A stretch of 39,259 nt of DNA, filler included, from an uncultured Methanosarcinales archaeon (GTDB lineage Archaea > Nanobdellota > Nanobdellia > Woesearchaeales > CAIVOO01): the NCBI GenBank assembly GCA_964485195.1. It is 12 parts of 12 records of this genome, joined end to end, with 100 filler letters (N's around TTAATTAATTAA, not from the genome) between each part and the next. Parts side by side here need not be neighbours in the genome. Positions count along the whole stretch, not along the records: positions 8,442 to 12,358 come from CAZAIK010000023.1; positions 12,459 to 15,696 come from CAZAIK010000024.1; positions 15,797 to 18,983 come from CAZAIK010000025.1; 9 more parts are not named here. One strand, given 5' to 3'. Shown here piece after piece: positions 8,444 through 17,568 of this stretch. Position 1 is the stretch's first letter; every line of letters begins with the position of its first letter. A model generated the notes under the pieces. The model saw only the letters and a list, made by a program, of their open reading frames with translations, did not search any database and was not told the DNA's origin. The position numbers and the translations under genes were made by a program.

Positions 8444-9439
8444 AACCTTATCTTCACCCCCTACCCGGAATACGACCTGCGGGATCAGGCTCAGGTGAAT
8501 GCATTTTTCCACAAGGAAAAACCGGACTACGTATTTCTGGCTGCTGCCAAAGTGGGCGGGATCATGGCCAACAGCACCTATCCGGCAGAGTTTATTTATG
8601 ATAATATCATGATCGCTTCCAATGTTATTCATGCGTCGTATAAAAATAAGGTAAAGAAGCTGTTAAATCTGGGCTCATCCTGTATATACCCCAAAATGGC
8701 TCCCCAGCCCCTGAAAGAAGAGTATCTTTTGACCGGCCCCCTGGAACCAACCAATGAACCTTATGCCATTGCCAAGATCGCAGCCATAAAATTATGCCGT
8801 TATTACAATAAGCAGTACGGAACCAATTTTATTTCCGTTATGCCCACCAACTTATACGGTCCTGGAGATAATTTTGATCTGGAAACTTCCCATGTGCTGC
8901 CTGCCCTGATCCGTAAAATGCATCTGGCAGCATGTCTGGAAAATAATGAATTCAACACTATCCGAAAAGACCTGAAACAGTATCCCTTTTCAAAAAAAGA
9001 AATATATTCAGATTCAATGACTGATGAGGATATTCTAAAATTATTACAAAGCTTTGGAATAATTCGTGATAATTCGTGTAATTCGCGGACTGCTTCTCTC
9101 ACCCTATGGGGCAGCGGCTCTCCCCGCCGGGAATTTCTCTATGTGGATGATCTGGCGGATGCAGTGGTGTTTCTTATGCAGAAATACCATGCTTCTGATA
9201 TCGGGGAGTTTGTTAATATCGGGACCGGAAAGGATATTCCCATAAAAGAACTGGCTGAGATGGTCCGGGATATTGTGGGATTTAAAGGAAAAATTGACTG
9301 GGATACGGATAAACCGGACGGCACGCCCCGGAAGCTGCTGGATGTGGGGAGGATCACTACATTAGGGTGGCAGGCAAAAACCGGGCTTACGGAAGGGATT
9401 GGGAAAGCTTATTTATGGTATAAGGAAAATCAGGAGTAA
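8444..9439 (+). CDS. fcl: GDP-L-fucose synthase (5' truncated)
   Basis: FLAAAKVGGI, LGSSCIYP, PTNEPYAIAK, MPTNLYGP, SHVLPALIRK, KPDGTPRK. Confidence 0.95.
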   Translation, partial: NLIFTPYPEYDLRDQAQVNAFFHKEKPDYVFLAAAKVGGIMANSTYPAEFIYDNIMIASNVIHASYKNKVKKLLNLGSSCIYPKMAPQPLKEEYLLTGPLEPTNEPYAIAKIAAIKLCRYYNKQYGTNFISVMPTNLYGPGDNFDLETSHVLPALIRKMHLAACLENNEFNTIRKDLKQYPFSKKEIYSDSMTDEDILKLLQSFGIIRDNSCNSRTASLTLWGSGSPRREFLYVDDLADAVVFLMQKYHASDIGEFVNIGTGKDIPIKELAEMVRDIVGFKGKIDWDTDKPDGTPRKLLDVGRITTLGWQAKTGLTEGIGKAYLWYKENQE

Positions 9440-9528
9440 AGAATACTAATGGATCGTTCAGAAGAAAATATATATCAAAGTCAAGTTATTAGAAAAGACA
9501 ATACATCTTAATGGTAAGTGGAGGAAAA

Positions 9529-10107
9529 GTGAGCAAAGATGTTTTTATACATCAGAGCAGTTTTGTTGATAAGGATGTGAAAATCGGAAAAGGAACGAAA
9601 ATATGGCATTTCAGCCATGTTCAGTCTGGTGCTGTGATTGGTGAGCATTGTACACTGGGTCAGAATGTCAATATTGGGAATAATGTAAGGATCGGCAATT
9701 ATGTAAAGATTCAGAATAATGTTTCTGTGTATGAAGGGGTGGAATTAGAAGATTATGTATTCTGCGGTCCTTCCATGGTGTTTACAAATATTCTAGATCC
9801 CCGCTGCAAGTATCCTCAAAAAGGTTCGGAATTTTATGTAAAAACTTTGGTCAAAGAGGGAGCTTCCATTGGTGCCAATGCTACCATAATATGCGGTAAT
9901 ACCCTGGGAAAGCACTGTTTTATCGGAGCAGGTTCAGTAGTAACCAAAGATGTGCCGGATTTTGCACTTATTGCCGGTGTGCCAGGCAGGATTGCAGGAT
10001 GGGTATGCGAATGCGGCAGTAAGCTTGATTTTAAAACAGAAAAAATAAAATGTAGTAAATGCGGTATTAAGTATGAGAAGAAAGAAGATGTAGTTAAGCA
10101 GATATAG
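9529..10107 (+). CDS. wbpD: WbpD-like UDP-2-acetamido-3-amino-2,3-dideoxy-glucuronate N-acetyltransferase
   Basis: Hexapeptide repeats, KIWHFSH, KIQNNVSVYEGV, CGPSMVFTN, C-terminal CECG..CSKC; GTG start behind GGAGG. Confidence 0.85.
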   Translation: MSKDVFIHQSSFVDKDVKIGKGTKIWHFSHVQSGAVIGEHCTLGQNVNIGNNVRIGNYVKIQNNVSVYEGVELEDYVFCGPSMVFTNILDPRCKYPQKGSEFYVKTLVKEGASIGANATIICGNTLGKHCFIGAGSVVTKDVPDFALIAGVPGRIAGWVCECGSKLDFKTEKIKCSKCGIKYEKKEDVVKQI

Positions 10108-10261
10108 GTTTATAGAGAGTTTTTTAATGAGTAATGAGACTGGATTTTTATAAGTGACCGCAGACGGCTGTGGATGTTTATGTTATAATATTTCAGAATT
10201 TCATAAGAACAACATTCAATAATCAGTAATTTTTATAGGAAATTTAAGTATACGATAAAAA

Positions 10262-11185
10262 GTGAAAAACCGTACAATAAAAAATTTCGCGCTTATAGGA
10301 GCTGCCGGATATGTGGCGCCCAGGCATTTGAGGGCTATCAAGGAAACTAATAATAATTTAGTCTGTGCGCTTGATCCGCATGATTCTGTGGGTATTCTGG
10401 ATAATTATTTTCGTGATGTAAAATTTTTTACTGAATTCGAACGGTTCGACCGTCACATTGAGAAATTACGCCGTGAATGCCCTGAAAAGTGTATTGACAT
10501 AGTTTCTATCTGCTCACCCAATTATTTACATGATGCGCATATCAGATTTGCGTTACGGGTTGGAGCAGATGTTATTTGTGAAAAACCTGTGGTTCTGAAT
10601 CCCTGGAATATTGATGTATTGCAGAGACTTGAAAAAGAAACTGACAATACAGTAAATATAGTGCTTCAGCTGCGTTTGCATGAAGAAGTGCAAAAACTGA
10701 AAAGAAAAATTGAAAAAGAAAAAAGTACAAAAAAACATACAATTGATTTAAAATACATCACTGCCCGCGGGCCCTGGTATGATTTTTCCTGGAAAGGCGA
10801 CATCAATAAATCCGGCGGTATTGTTACTAATATTGGTATTCATTTTTTTGATTTACTGATCTGGATGTTTGGAAAGGTTGAAAATTTTCAGGTAGAGCAG
10901 TTAACTGCAAGAAAAGCAAAAGGTCATCTGGTTCTGGAAAAAGCTGAAGTTAATTGGTTTCTAAGTATAGATTATGATGATTTACCTGAAGAAGTAAAAA
11001 ATACACAAGTAACTACTTATAGAAATATTGATATAGATGGACAGCAATTGGAAATCAGTAAAGGGTTTACAGATTTGCATACAGAGGTTTATAAAAGAGC
11101 AATATCTGGTAAGGGGTTTTTGTTCGAAGATGCCCGGCCTTCGGTAGAGTTGGTTAGTAACATAAGGCGGGAGAGGATAATTTAA
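10262..11185 (+). CDS. wbpB: WbpB-like Gfo/Idh/MocA oxidoreductase
   Basis: FALIGAAGYVAPRH, FFTEFERFDRH, CSPNYLHDAH, CEKP, TNIGIHFFD. Confidence 0.9.
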   Translation: MKNRTIKNFALIGAAGYVAPRHLRAIKETNNNLVCALDPHDSVGILDNYFRDVKFFTEFERFDRHIEKLRRECPEKCIDIVSICSPNYLHDAHIRFALRVGADVICEKPVVLNPWNIDVLQRLEKETDNTVNIVLQLRLHEEVQKLKRKIEKEKSTKKHTIDLKYITARGPWYDFSWKGDINKSGGIVTNIGIHFFDLLIWMFGKVENFQVEQLTARKAKGHLVLEKAEVNWFLSIDYDDLPEEVKNTQVTTYRNIDIDGQQLEISKGFTDLHTEVYKRAISGKGFLFEDARPSVELVSNIRRERII

Positions 11186-11285
11186 AAAAAATTTTTAATA
11201 TTTTAAAAAAGTATTAAATTTGTCTACCTATTTACGACACATATATAATAAATTGCATTAAATTACTTATAGATTAAATTTACAA

Positions 11286-12122
11286 ATGGAAGAAAACCTA
11301 ACAATTATTGAGCCTAAAAAAGGCTGGCAATTAATAAATGTCAAAGAACTGAAAGAATACAAAGATCTGCTCTATTTCTGGGTGTTGCGGGAAATTAAGA
11401 TTTTATATAAACAGACCGTGTTAGGGTTTACCTGGGCGTTGATCCGGCCGGTGGCTTCCATGGTGGTGTTCACTGTCATTTTCGGCAACATGGCCAAGGT
11501 TCCCAGTGACGGTATCCCCTACCCTATTTTTTCTTTTGTTGCCTTAATGCCCTGGACCTATTTTTCCCAGTCTCTTTCAAAATCTACTCAAAGTCTTATC
11601 AGTCAGGCAGGGGTCATTTCCAAGATTTATTTCCCCAGACTGATCATTCCCATGGCCCCGGTCCTGGCCGGATTGCTGGATTTCGCTCTTTCGTTCATTG
11701 TACTTATTATCATGATGTTTGCTTATGGCATTGTACCTACCCTGCAGATTTTTTATCTGCCATTGCTCATCCTGCTTATGATCCTCACTGCCTCTGGCAT
11801 GGGTATGTGGATGAGTGCTCTGGGTATTCAGTACCGGGATGTGCGGCAGGCCATGCAGTTTGTGGTGCGGCTGCTCATGTACGCCACCCCTGTGGTCTGG
11901 CCGGTGTCGTTAATATCAGAAAAATTCGGTCAGACAGTCAAAATGATCTACGGTCTCTACCCCATGGCCGGGGTTATCGAAGGCTTCCGTTCTGCTTTGA
12001 TCGGCAAAAACCCCATGCCCTGGGACCTGATCCTCATGGGCAGCATCGGAGCCTTGGTCATCTTCATCACCGGAGCGTTTTACTTTCAGCGGATGGAGAA
12101 GAATTTTGCAGACGTGGCGTAA
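11286..12122 (+). CDS. wzm: Polysaccharide ABC transporter permease
   Basis: YKQTVLG..W, KIYFPR, YRDV, YATPV, P....IEGFR, FADV; multiple TM helices. Confidence 0.9.
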   Translation: MEENLTIIEPKKGWQLINVKELKEYKDLLYFWVLREIKILYKQTVLGFTWALIRPVASMVVFTVIFGNMAKVPSDGIPYPIFSFVALMPWTYFSQSLSKSTQSLISQAGVISKIYFPRLIIPMAPVLAGLLDFALSFIVLIIMMFAYGIVPTLQIFYLPLLILLMILTASGMGMWMSALGIQYRDVRQAMQFVVRLLMYATPVVWPVSLISEKFGQTVKMIYGLYPMAGVIEGFRSALIGKNPMPWDLILMGSIGALVIFITGAFYFQRMEKNFADVA

Positions 12123-12126
12123 ACAC

Positions 12127-12299
12127 GAGTCTTGGAGTCTGTTGAGTCTTAGGGTCATAGGGTCTGTAGAGTCGTAGGGTCATAGGGTCTGTTGAGTCAT
12201 AGAGTCGTAGAGTCTGTAGGGTCTTTGAGTCATAGAGTCCTTGAGTCATAGGGTCATAGGGTCTGTTGAGTCGTATAGTCATAGAGTCGTAGAGTCATG
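12127..12299. repeat. Degenerate tandem repeat, 21 units of 8-9 bp (GRGTCNTA)
   Basis: Units counted directly; 9-bp variants at units 2, 5, 8, 11 and 17. Confidence 0.9.
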
Positions 12300-12485
12300 G
12301 ATATTCTGTTTTACAAGTTTAGGGTTGTAAAAATATTTAGATTTTAGTTTATTGTTAANNNNNNNNNNNNNNNNNNNNNNNNNNNNNNNNNNNNNNNNNN
12401 NNTTAATTAATTAANNNNNNNNNNNNNNNNNNNNNNNNNNNNNNNNNNNNNNNNNNNNACTTTACCAATGAATACCAACCACTTT

Positions 12486-12515
12486 AAAGGCGTCCTCTCT
12501 GGACGTCTTTTTTTT
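12486..12515 (+). terminator. Intrinsic terminator
   Basis: GGCGTCC-TCTCT-GGACGTC followed by T8. Confidence 0.7.
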
Positions 12516-12582
12516 ATCTTTTGTCTCTCATGCTTATACAATATTTATATATCCCTTATTGTTACTACTATTAAATAAGAAA

Positions 12583-13167
12583 ATGAAGTACAACAATTCA
12601 TATCAGATAAAATATTTAAATGCAGTTCCCTCATATTTGGAAAGCCAACCACCAAAGCCTTTTTATCATGCAGATTTAAAGAAGAATCTTGAAGGTGTTG
12701 TTCTTGATTTGCAACCCATGAAAGACAAAGGAATATTAGAAAGACTGTTTTCTGATAAAACCAAAACCCTTAAATCAACAGTAAAGGCTCTCCTTACAGA
12801 GATAGAACTCCGGGAAAATCTTAATTCTCATATACTCAACAATATTGACGATGATATATGCAGACAGCATACATATCTTGGTCATCTAAAAGTTCTGAAG
12901 CCTCAGTATTCACTTGAGTTGGCCAAAAATGTCTATAAACAAAAAATGCAGCTTGAAGGCAATGTGCTAGAACTCGAAGAGCAAAAAAGAAAGGAATATC
13001 TTGAATGCTGGCGAGATCTGATGTTCTTGAAAAAATACCTTCATTCAGCCTTAAAGGATTACTGGGATTTGGTTAAAAAACAAGAAATGCTTGGAGCTGA
13101 TTCTAATAGTTTCCTTGGGAATGAAATTTCTTATGAAGAAGGAAAAGGCCGGTTTGATCATGATTAA
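12583..13167 (+). CDS. Hypothetical helical protein
   Basis: About 195-aa ORF with coiled C-terminus (KRKEYLECWRDL); start uncertain. Confidence 0.7.
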   Translation: MKYNNSYQIKYLNAVPSYLESQPPKPFYHADLKKNLEGVVLDLQPMKDKGILERLFSDKTKTLKSTVKALLTEIELRENLNSHILNNIDDDICRQHTYLGHLKVLKPQYSLELAKNVYKQKMQLEGNVLELEEQKRKEYLECWRDLMFLKKYLHSALKDYWDLVKKQEMLGADSNSFLGNEISYEEGKGRFDHD

Positions 13168-13174
13168 CTCAGAA

Positions 13175-13387
13175 TTACTCTGAAATTGATTCAGCGTTTT
13201 CAATGACATTATTTGCGTCGCCGTAAAATAGCTTGCTTGCATTTAGAACCTCAATTGAAGTTATACTGCCATCTTTAGCAAACTCAAAAATAACACCATT
13301 TGGCAGTTCAATACTTTTCCAATATTCTTTATCAGATATTTCGATATTTAAAATATCTGCTTTTTTATCATACCATATTTCTTTCAT
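13175..13387 (-). CDS. DUF2283-family antitoxin-like protein
   Basis: MKEIWYDKKADILNI..SIELPNGVIFEFAKDGSITSIEVLNASK fits YD..AD.L.I / G....IE.L.AS. Confidence 0.8.
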   Translation of the reverse strand: MKEIWYDKKADILNIEISDKEYWKSIELPNGVIFEFAKDGSITSIEVLNASKLFYGDANNVIENAESISE

Positions 13388-13389
13388 TT

Positions 13390-13623
13390 TCAGTCTAGCC
13401 AAAAGGCTGTAATAACAAACAGCTTGTTATGTTTAATTTTGTATACGACCTTCAATATTCGGTCTAAAGGAGGGATTCGTGAAACAGCATTCAGTGCATC
13501 TTTCCAATGCTTATCTTTAAATTCCCGTGAATTGTTTAAGGCATATTCAATCATTTCATTCGAAATTGCCTTTTTCTTGGTCTTCTCTTTTTTAATTCAG
13601 TGTTTTGAATATTCGATTTTCAT
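13390..13623 (-). pseudogene. DUF4258/RelE-like toxin with in-frame TGA at codon 9
   Basis: MKIEYSKH*IKKEKTKKKAISNEMIEYALNNS..RILKVVYKIKHNKLFVITAFWLD; stop lies 2 nt before the DUF2283 start. Confidence 0.75.
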
Positions 13624-13789
13624 AGATCCTAATGAATCAGAGTTTTTAAATATTTTGTCATTGAGACTTTGACTAAATTATTGAGAAGAAAGTAGTAAAG
13701 CAAACGCCAATAGTTATTCCTTGAAAGATTTCGATTGCCATCTCCAATCCTTATACAACCATTAAAAATCCACCTCTCACTATTCTTGA

Positions 13790-15696
13790 ATGGTTCTTAG
13801 ATCTGATGAAATTGAAGATTTATGCAAAAAACTTAAGCCTGTCATAGGGGATCAGGCAGACAAATTATGGTATATGTATCTGGCAGAAGATGAAAAAGGC
13901 AAAAAAGACTTGGCCCTGAACATAGAAATAATTACTGAAAAAATCCTAAAGAAAAACGCCCTTGAGAAACAGGAAATTTTCCTTACCCCGCCATCCAAAA
14001 AGGATTCATTCGGGAGTTATTTACTCGGTGATGTTTTCTACAATCAGAAAAAACTTCAGCCTTTATGTTTGAAGCCTGATGATTTTATAAAACAGATAGG
14101 GATATTCGCTGTTACAGGTGAAGGAAAAACAAATCTTGCTTATCTCCTTTCTCTACAGCTTTTAAACTCCAAAATCCCATTTTTGGTAATAGACTGGAAA
14201 AGAAGTTGGAGAAATTTGCTGAGTTTAAATGATAACTTTCCTGAACTAAAAGATGTTCAGGTTTTCACAATAGGCAGGGATTCTTTGCCTTTTCAATGGA
14301 ATCCATTTAGGCCTCCTCCTGGAGCCAATCAGGATTCATGGATAAGCACTGTGGCAGAGGCTCTTGAAAAATCACACCTCTCAGGACTCGGAGTTGCATA
14401 TTACATAAATAAAATCTATCCAAAATTATTCAAGGAATTGAAAGGTGATTTTTTTCCGAATTTTTATGACGGCCTTAGAGAACTCAAAAACATAAAAGCG
14501 ATTCAGAGGGAGTTAAATTGGAAACAGTCAGCCTTGAGAATTTTTCAGAGTTTTATAGTTGGAAATACCTCTAAGGTTTTTAACACCAGAAATCCTATTA
14601 AACTCGAAGAACTGCTTAACAAGCCAGTAATCTTTGAGCTTGATCTTGAAATGCCAAAACCCCTGAGAGTATTTTTTTCTGAAATAATTCTCAGATGGAT
14701 TCATCTTTACAGGTTGAGCCAAGGAGAAACAGAATCCTTGAGACATGTTCTTTTTCTTGAAGAGGCTCATAATCTTTTTCTTAGTTCAGGATTTTTCAAA
14801 GACACCAATAGCCTTGAAAATGTCTATCGTGAAATAAGAGCCTTTGGCCAAGGGATTGTTTCTATTACGCAGCACCCGTCTGTATTGCCAATTTACCTGC
14901 TCGGCAACTGCCACACTCAAATTTATTTTGGCTTGCAACATGCAGATGACATAAAAACTGCGAGAAAATCCTTATTCTTAAAATATGATGAAGAAGTATA
15001 TCCCAGCCTTTTAAATGTGGGTGAGTGTATTGTTAAAATCAAAAACAGGATTGATCCATGTCTGGTAAAAACTCCTCTCGTTCCTGTTAAAAAAGGTTTG
15101 GTAAATGATGATTGGCTTAAAGTAAATACCCCTATGAATGCCATGGTAAAAACCCCCGGTTATTTATTATCTGTCCACGGTAACAAAAACCTTAATTACC
15201 CCCCAAGTTTACCACAGGATAATATAGAAAAAGAAAAAGGCAAACACCCTCAGTTGATTAAAACTCAGGAACAGCCTCATCACAGGCTTCTTATTGATAT
15301 TTTTTTAAACCCGTTTTCTGGCATTACTCAAAGGTATAATCAATTAAAATTCAATCCAAAATACGGAAACAAATTTAAGAACCTGCTTATTTCAGAAGGA
15401 TGCATTCAGCCAAGAAAAATAATTACCAGTAAAGGCTGGATTTCTCTTTTTGACCTTACCCGAAAAGGCAAAACAGTATTAAGAGATTTGGGGTATACTT
15501 TCAACGACACAAGCGAGGGTATTATCCACAAATTCTGGAAAGACAAGATAAGTAAGTATTACATGAATAAAGGGCTGGATGTACGAGTTGAGGAATATCA
15601 CATTAATGGAAGACCTGATATTATTGTCCAGAAAGATGATAAAATTATTGCTCTGGAAATCGAGACAGGAAAATCAGATTTCATTAAAAACATCCA
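13790..15696 (+). CDS. HerA/VirB4-like P-loop ATPase with C-terminal wHTH and PD-(D/E)xK-like region (3' truncated)
   Basis: Walker A AVTGEGKT, VIDWK, WNPF, Walker B FLEEAH, REIRAFGQG, TQHPS; C-terminal RPDIIV..ALEIETGKS. Confidence 0.8.
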
Positions 15697-15796
15697 NNNN
15701 NNNNNNNNNNNNNNNNNNNNNNNNNNNNNNNNNNNNNNNNTTAATTAATTAANNNNNNNNNNNNNNNNNNNNNNNNNNNNNNNNNNNNNNNNNNNN

Positions 15797-15851
15797 TTAG
15801 CCAGTTATATCAAAGTGTAAACAAATTTTTGTTTACAGTTTACAGTTTACA
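15797..15851. repeat. 55-bp sequence identical to 36672-36726 (end of a collapsed multicopy element)
   Basis: Exact match at two contig starts; contains palindrome TGTAAACAAA-TT-TTTGTTTACA and (GTTTACA)x3. Confidence 0.9.
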
Positions 15852-15896
15852 TTTTATGCTGTTCTGATATTTTAGAGAGAGTGAATCATTTTTTTC

Positions 15897-17063
15897 TCAA
15901 TCCGCGATGTATCCAGATCTATGCAGCACTCTGTAATGCTTCCCTTTGATCTTCACTTTGATCTTCTTAAATTTTCCGTCCGATTTATAATCTTTGGGCT
16001 GGTAGTAGATGAGGTAATAATTTTCAGAAGCTTCCATGGCCTTTTGAAAAGAAAATTCCGGATTCCTTGAACTTATGGTAAGGCCTCCCGTGGCATCAGC
16101 CATTTCAGAGAAACCACTGAATATATCTCCCCGGGTATCCACCCAATTTCTACCAAAAAATTCGGTCTGCTCCTGTCCACTCTCAGCAAGAGGAGCTTCT
16201 GTGATATATAGAAAATGACAGGTCACGTTTGCATCTGAAAAAGCTTCTCTGATTTCATCTGAATTAAACGACAAGTCCGGAAAGAGCTCGAATTGATCAT
16301 ACTGGGATAAACCATCAGGGACCGGAATTAAATTCTTCTGATAAAAAAAGAACACATGCTTCTGCCCTTCAATCTGGCTTAAAAACTCACCAAATTGAGA
16401 TATTTTCTGCTTGTCAATATACATATATGACTTGAGTTTTCGAAAAATCTCCAGAAGCATTTGAGTTTTTAGGTCCAAATCCGAAAAAGCTGTGTGCTGC
16501 AAATTTCTGAATTCTCGGAGCATATTATGGTAAGCGGCGCTTCCAAGAGTTGCATCTTTTCTCACTTTTTTCTTCAGCTCTTTGGCTATTTCTTCCCTGG
16601 ATATTTTCTCTAAAGCCTCCTCATTGAAGCGGTAATTTTTCTGAGGGGTCGTGACGATCAAAGAGTCTCCGGGCATAAGAACTTGGTTAAAAAAGTTATC
16701 AATCACTTCCCCCACCCGCGGCATATATTCCACAAGCTCAAACATCAGGATAAAAGTCCTCTTTTGGATAGAAGTGATGGGTTTGATCGGTTGAATCGAT
16801 TCGTCTTTTAATGAAGTGTCCACCAGCTCTCGCTCAATTTTCTTTTCCTTGACCAAATAAACCGCTTCAATTTCCTGGAGCTCCCCGTCCTCATACAGCT
16901 CAAAATCATGGATATCCAGATCATTGATAAACTCATTCCCTTTAAAGACCCTTACATCCACTTCAATGAGTATGGCTCTGGCTTCCTCTTGAATTTGCTG
17001 GCCAAAAGTCAAAAGAATCAAAAAAAGAGCAGCAATAACAAAAATTATTTTTCTAATCTCTAT
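15897..17063 (-). CDS. Secreted VWA-domain protein (acidobacterial VWFA-like)
   Basis: EVDVRVFKG..FINDL...DFELYEDG..QEI; MADATGG; ENYYLIYYQP..DGKFKKIKVK..HRSGY; signal peptide extends in frame to ATA at 17063. Confidence 0.85.
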   Translation of the reverse strand: MEIRKIIFVIAALFLILLTFGQQIQEEARAILIEVDVRVFKGNEFINDLDIHDFELYEDGELQEIEAVYLVKEKKIERELVDTSLKDESIQPIKPITSIQKRTFILMFELVEYMPRVGEVIDNFFNQVLMPGDSLIVTTPQKNYRFNEEALEKISREEIAKELKKKVRKDATLGSAAYHNMLREFRNLQHTAFSDLDLKTQMLLEIFRKLKSYMYIDKQKISQFGEFLSQIEGQKHVFFFYQKNLIPVPDGLSQYDQFELFPDLSFNSDEIREAFSDANVTCHFLYITEAPLAESGQEQTEFFGRNWVDTRGDIFSGFSEMADATGGLTISSRNPEFSFQKAMEASENYYLIYYQPKDYKSDGKFKKIKVKIKGKHYRVLHRSGYIAD

Positions 17064-17195
17064 GTCCCCATGTCCCCCTTATTTTTTCTCCATCTTGTTT
17101 CTAATATATTACAAGAAAAAAATAAAGTCAAACAAATTTGCATCTAAGCAAATACTGAATCTTTTAGTGAGTTCTAAGGTAAAATTTTTTTATTT

Positions 17196-17236
17196 GGGAG
17201 AGATAAGGGGGGACGAAGCCCTCCCTTATCTCCCTC
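17196..17236 (-). terminator. Stable hairpin 3' of the precursor gene
   Basis: Minus strand GAGATAAGGGAGGGC-TTCG-TCCCCCCTTATCTC with UUCG loop; no U-tract on this strand. Confidence 0.55.
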
Positions 17237-17249
17237 TTTTTGCCTTGTT

Positions 17250-17441
17250 TTAAGGTTCGATATTCAAGCCAATATTATATTGTTCTTGTGTCCAGGCGCT
17301 ACATGCACATCCACATGTGTGATTATCGTAACCAGCCATTTGTCCATCACCAAAACTTTGTGTTCCACAATAGCAAGTGCAAAATCCCAAAATAGTGTTA
17401 TTCCTGCCATCATATTTTGTCCCATCATTAATAGTATCCAT
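17250..17441 (-). CDS. Putative RiPP precursor with two CxCxC motifs (63 aa)
   Basis: RBS AAGGAGGAG; MDTINDGTKYDGRNNTILGFCTCYCGTQSFGDGQMAGYDNHTCGCACSAWTQEQYNIGLNIEP; directly downstream of rSAM gene; alternative TTG start 17507. Confidence 0.75.
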   Translation of the reverse strand: MDTINDGTKYDGRNNTILGFCTCYCGTQSFGDGQMAGYDNHTCGCACSAWTQEQYNIGLNIEP

Positions 17442-17568
17442 CTGACTCCTCCTTTCTTTATTATCATTCATGACCGCTAATAATCCCAAATAATATTCTT
17501 TAAACAATCAATTTACCTCACCCCCCTATACAAACCAAAGACTTTTCAAATTATTGATAGTTATATCG

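Noticed and set aside
12127..12299. Possible CRISPR array, and ORFs 11916-12158 and 12067-12282
   Set aside because: Units are 8-9 bp with no unique spacers; the ORFs are translations of the repeat or antisense shadows
13597..13599. Alternative genetic code or selenocysteine at the in-frame TGA
   Set aside because: TGA ends many genes here and long ORFs are uninterrupted in code 11; a nonsense mutation or error is simpler
15797..15803. TTAGCC at contig starts as an integron attC core
   Set aside because: No matching inverse core, attC hairpin or integrase is visible; the contig start reflects an assembly break
17264..17467. Alternative 67-aa frame overlapping the precursor
   Set aside because: The strong RBS fits ATG 17441, and the CxCxC frame suits the adjacent maturase
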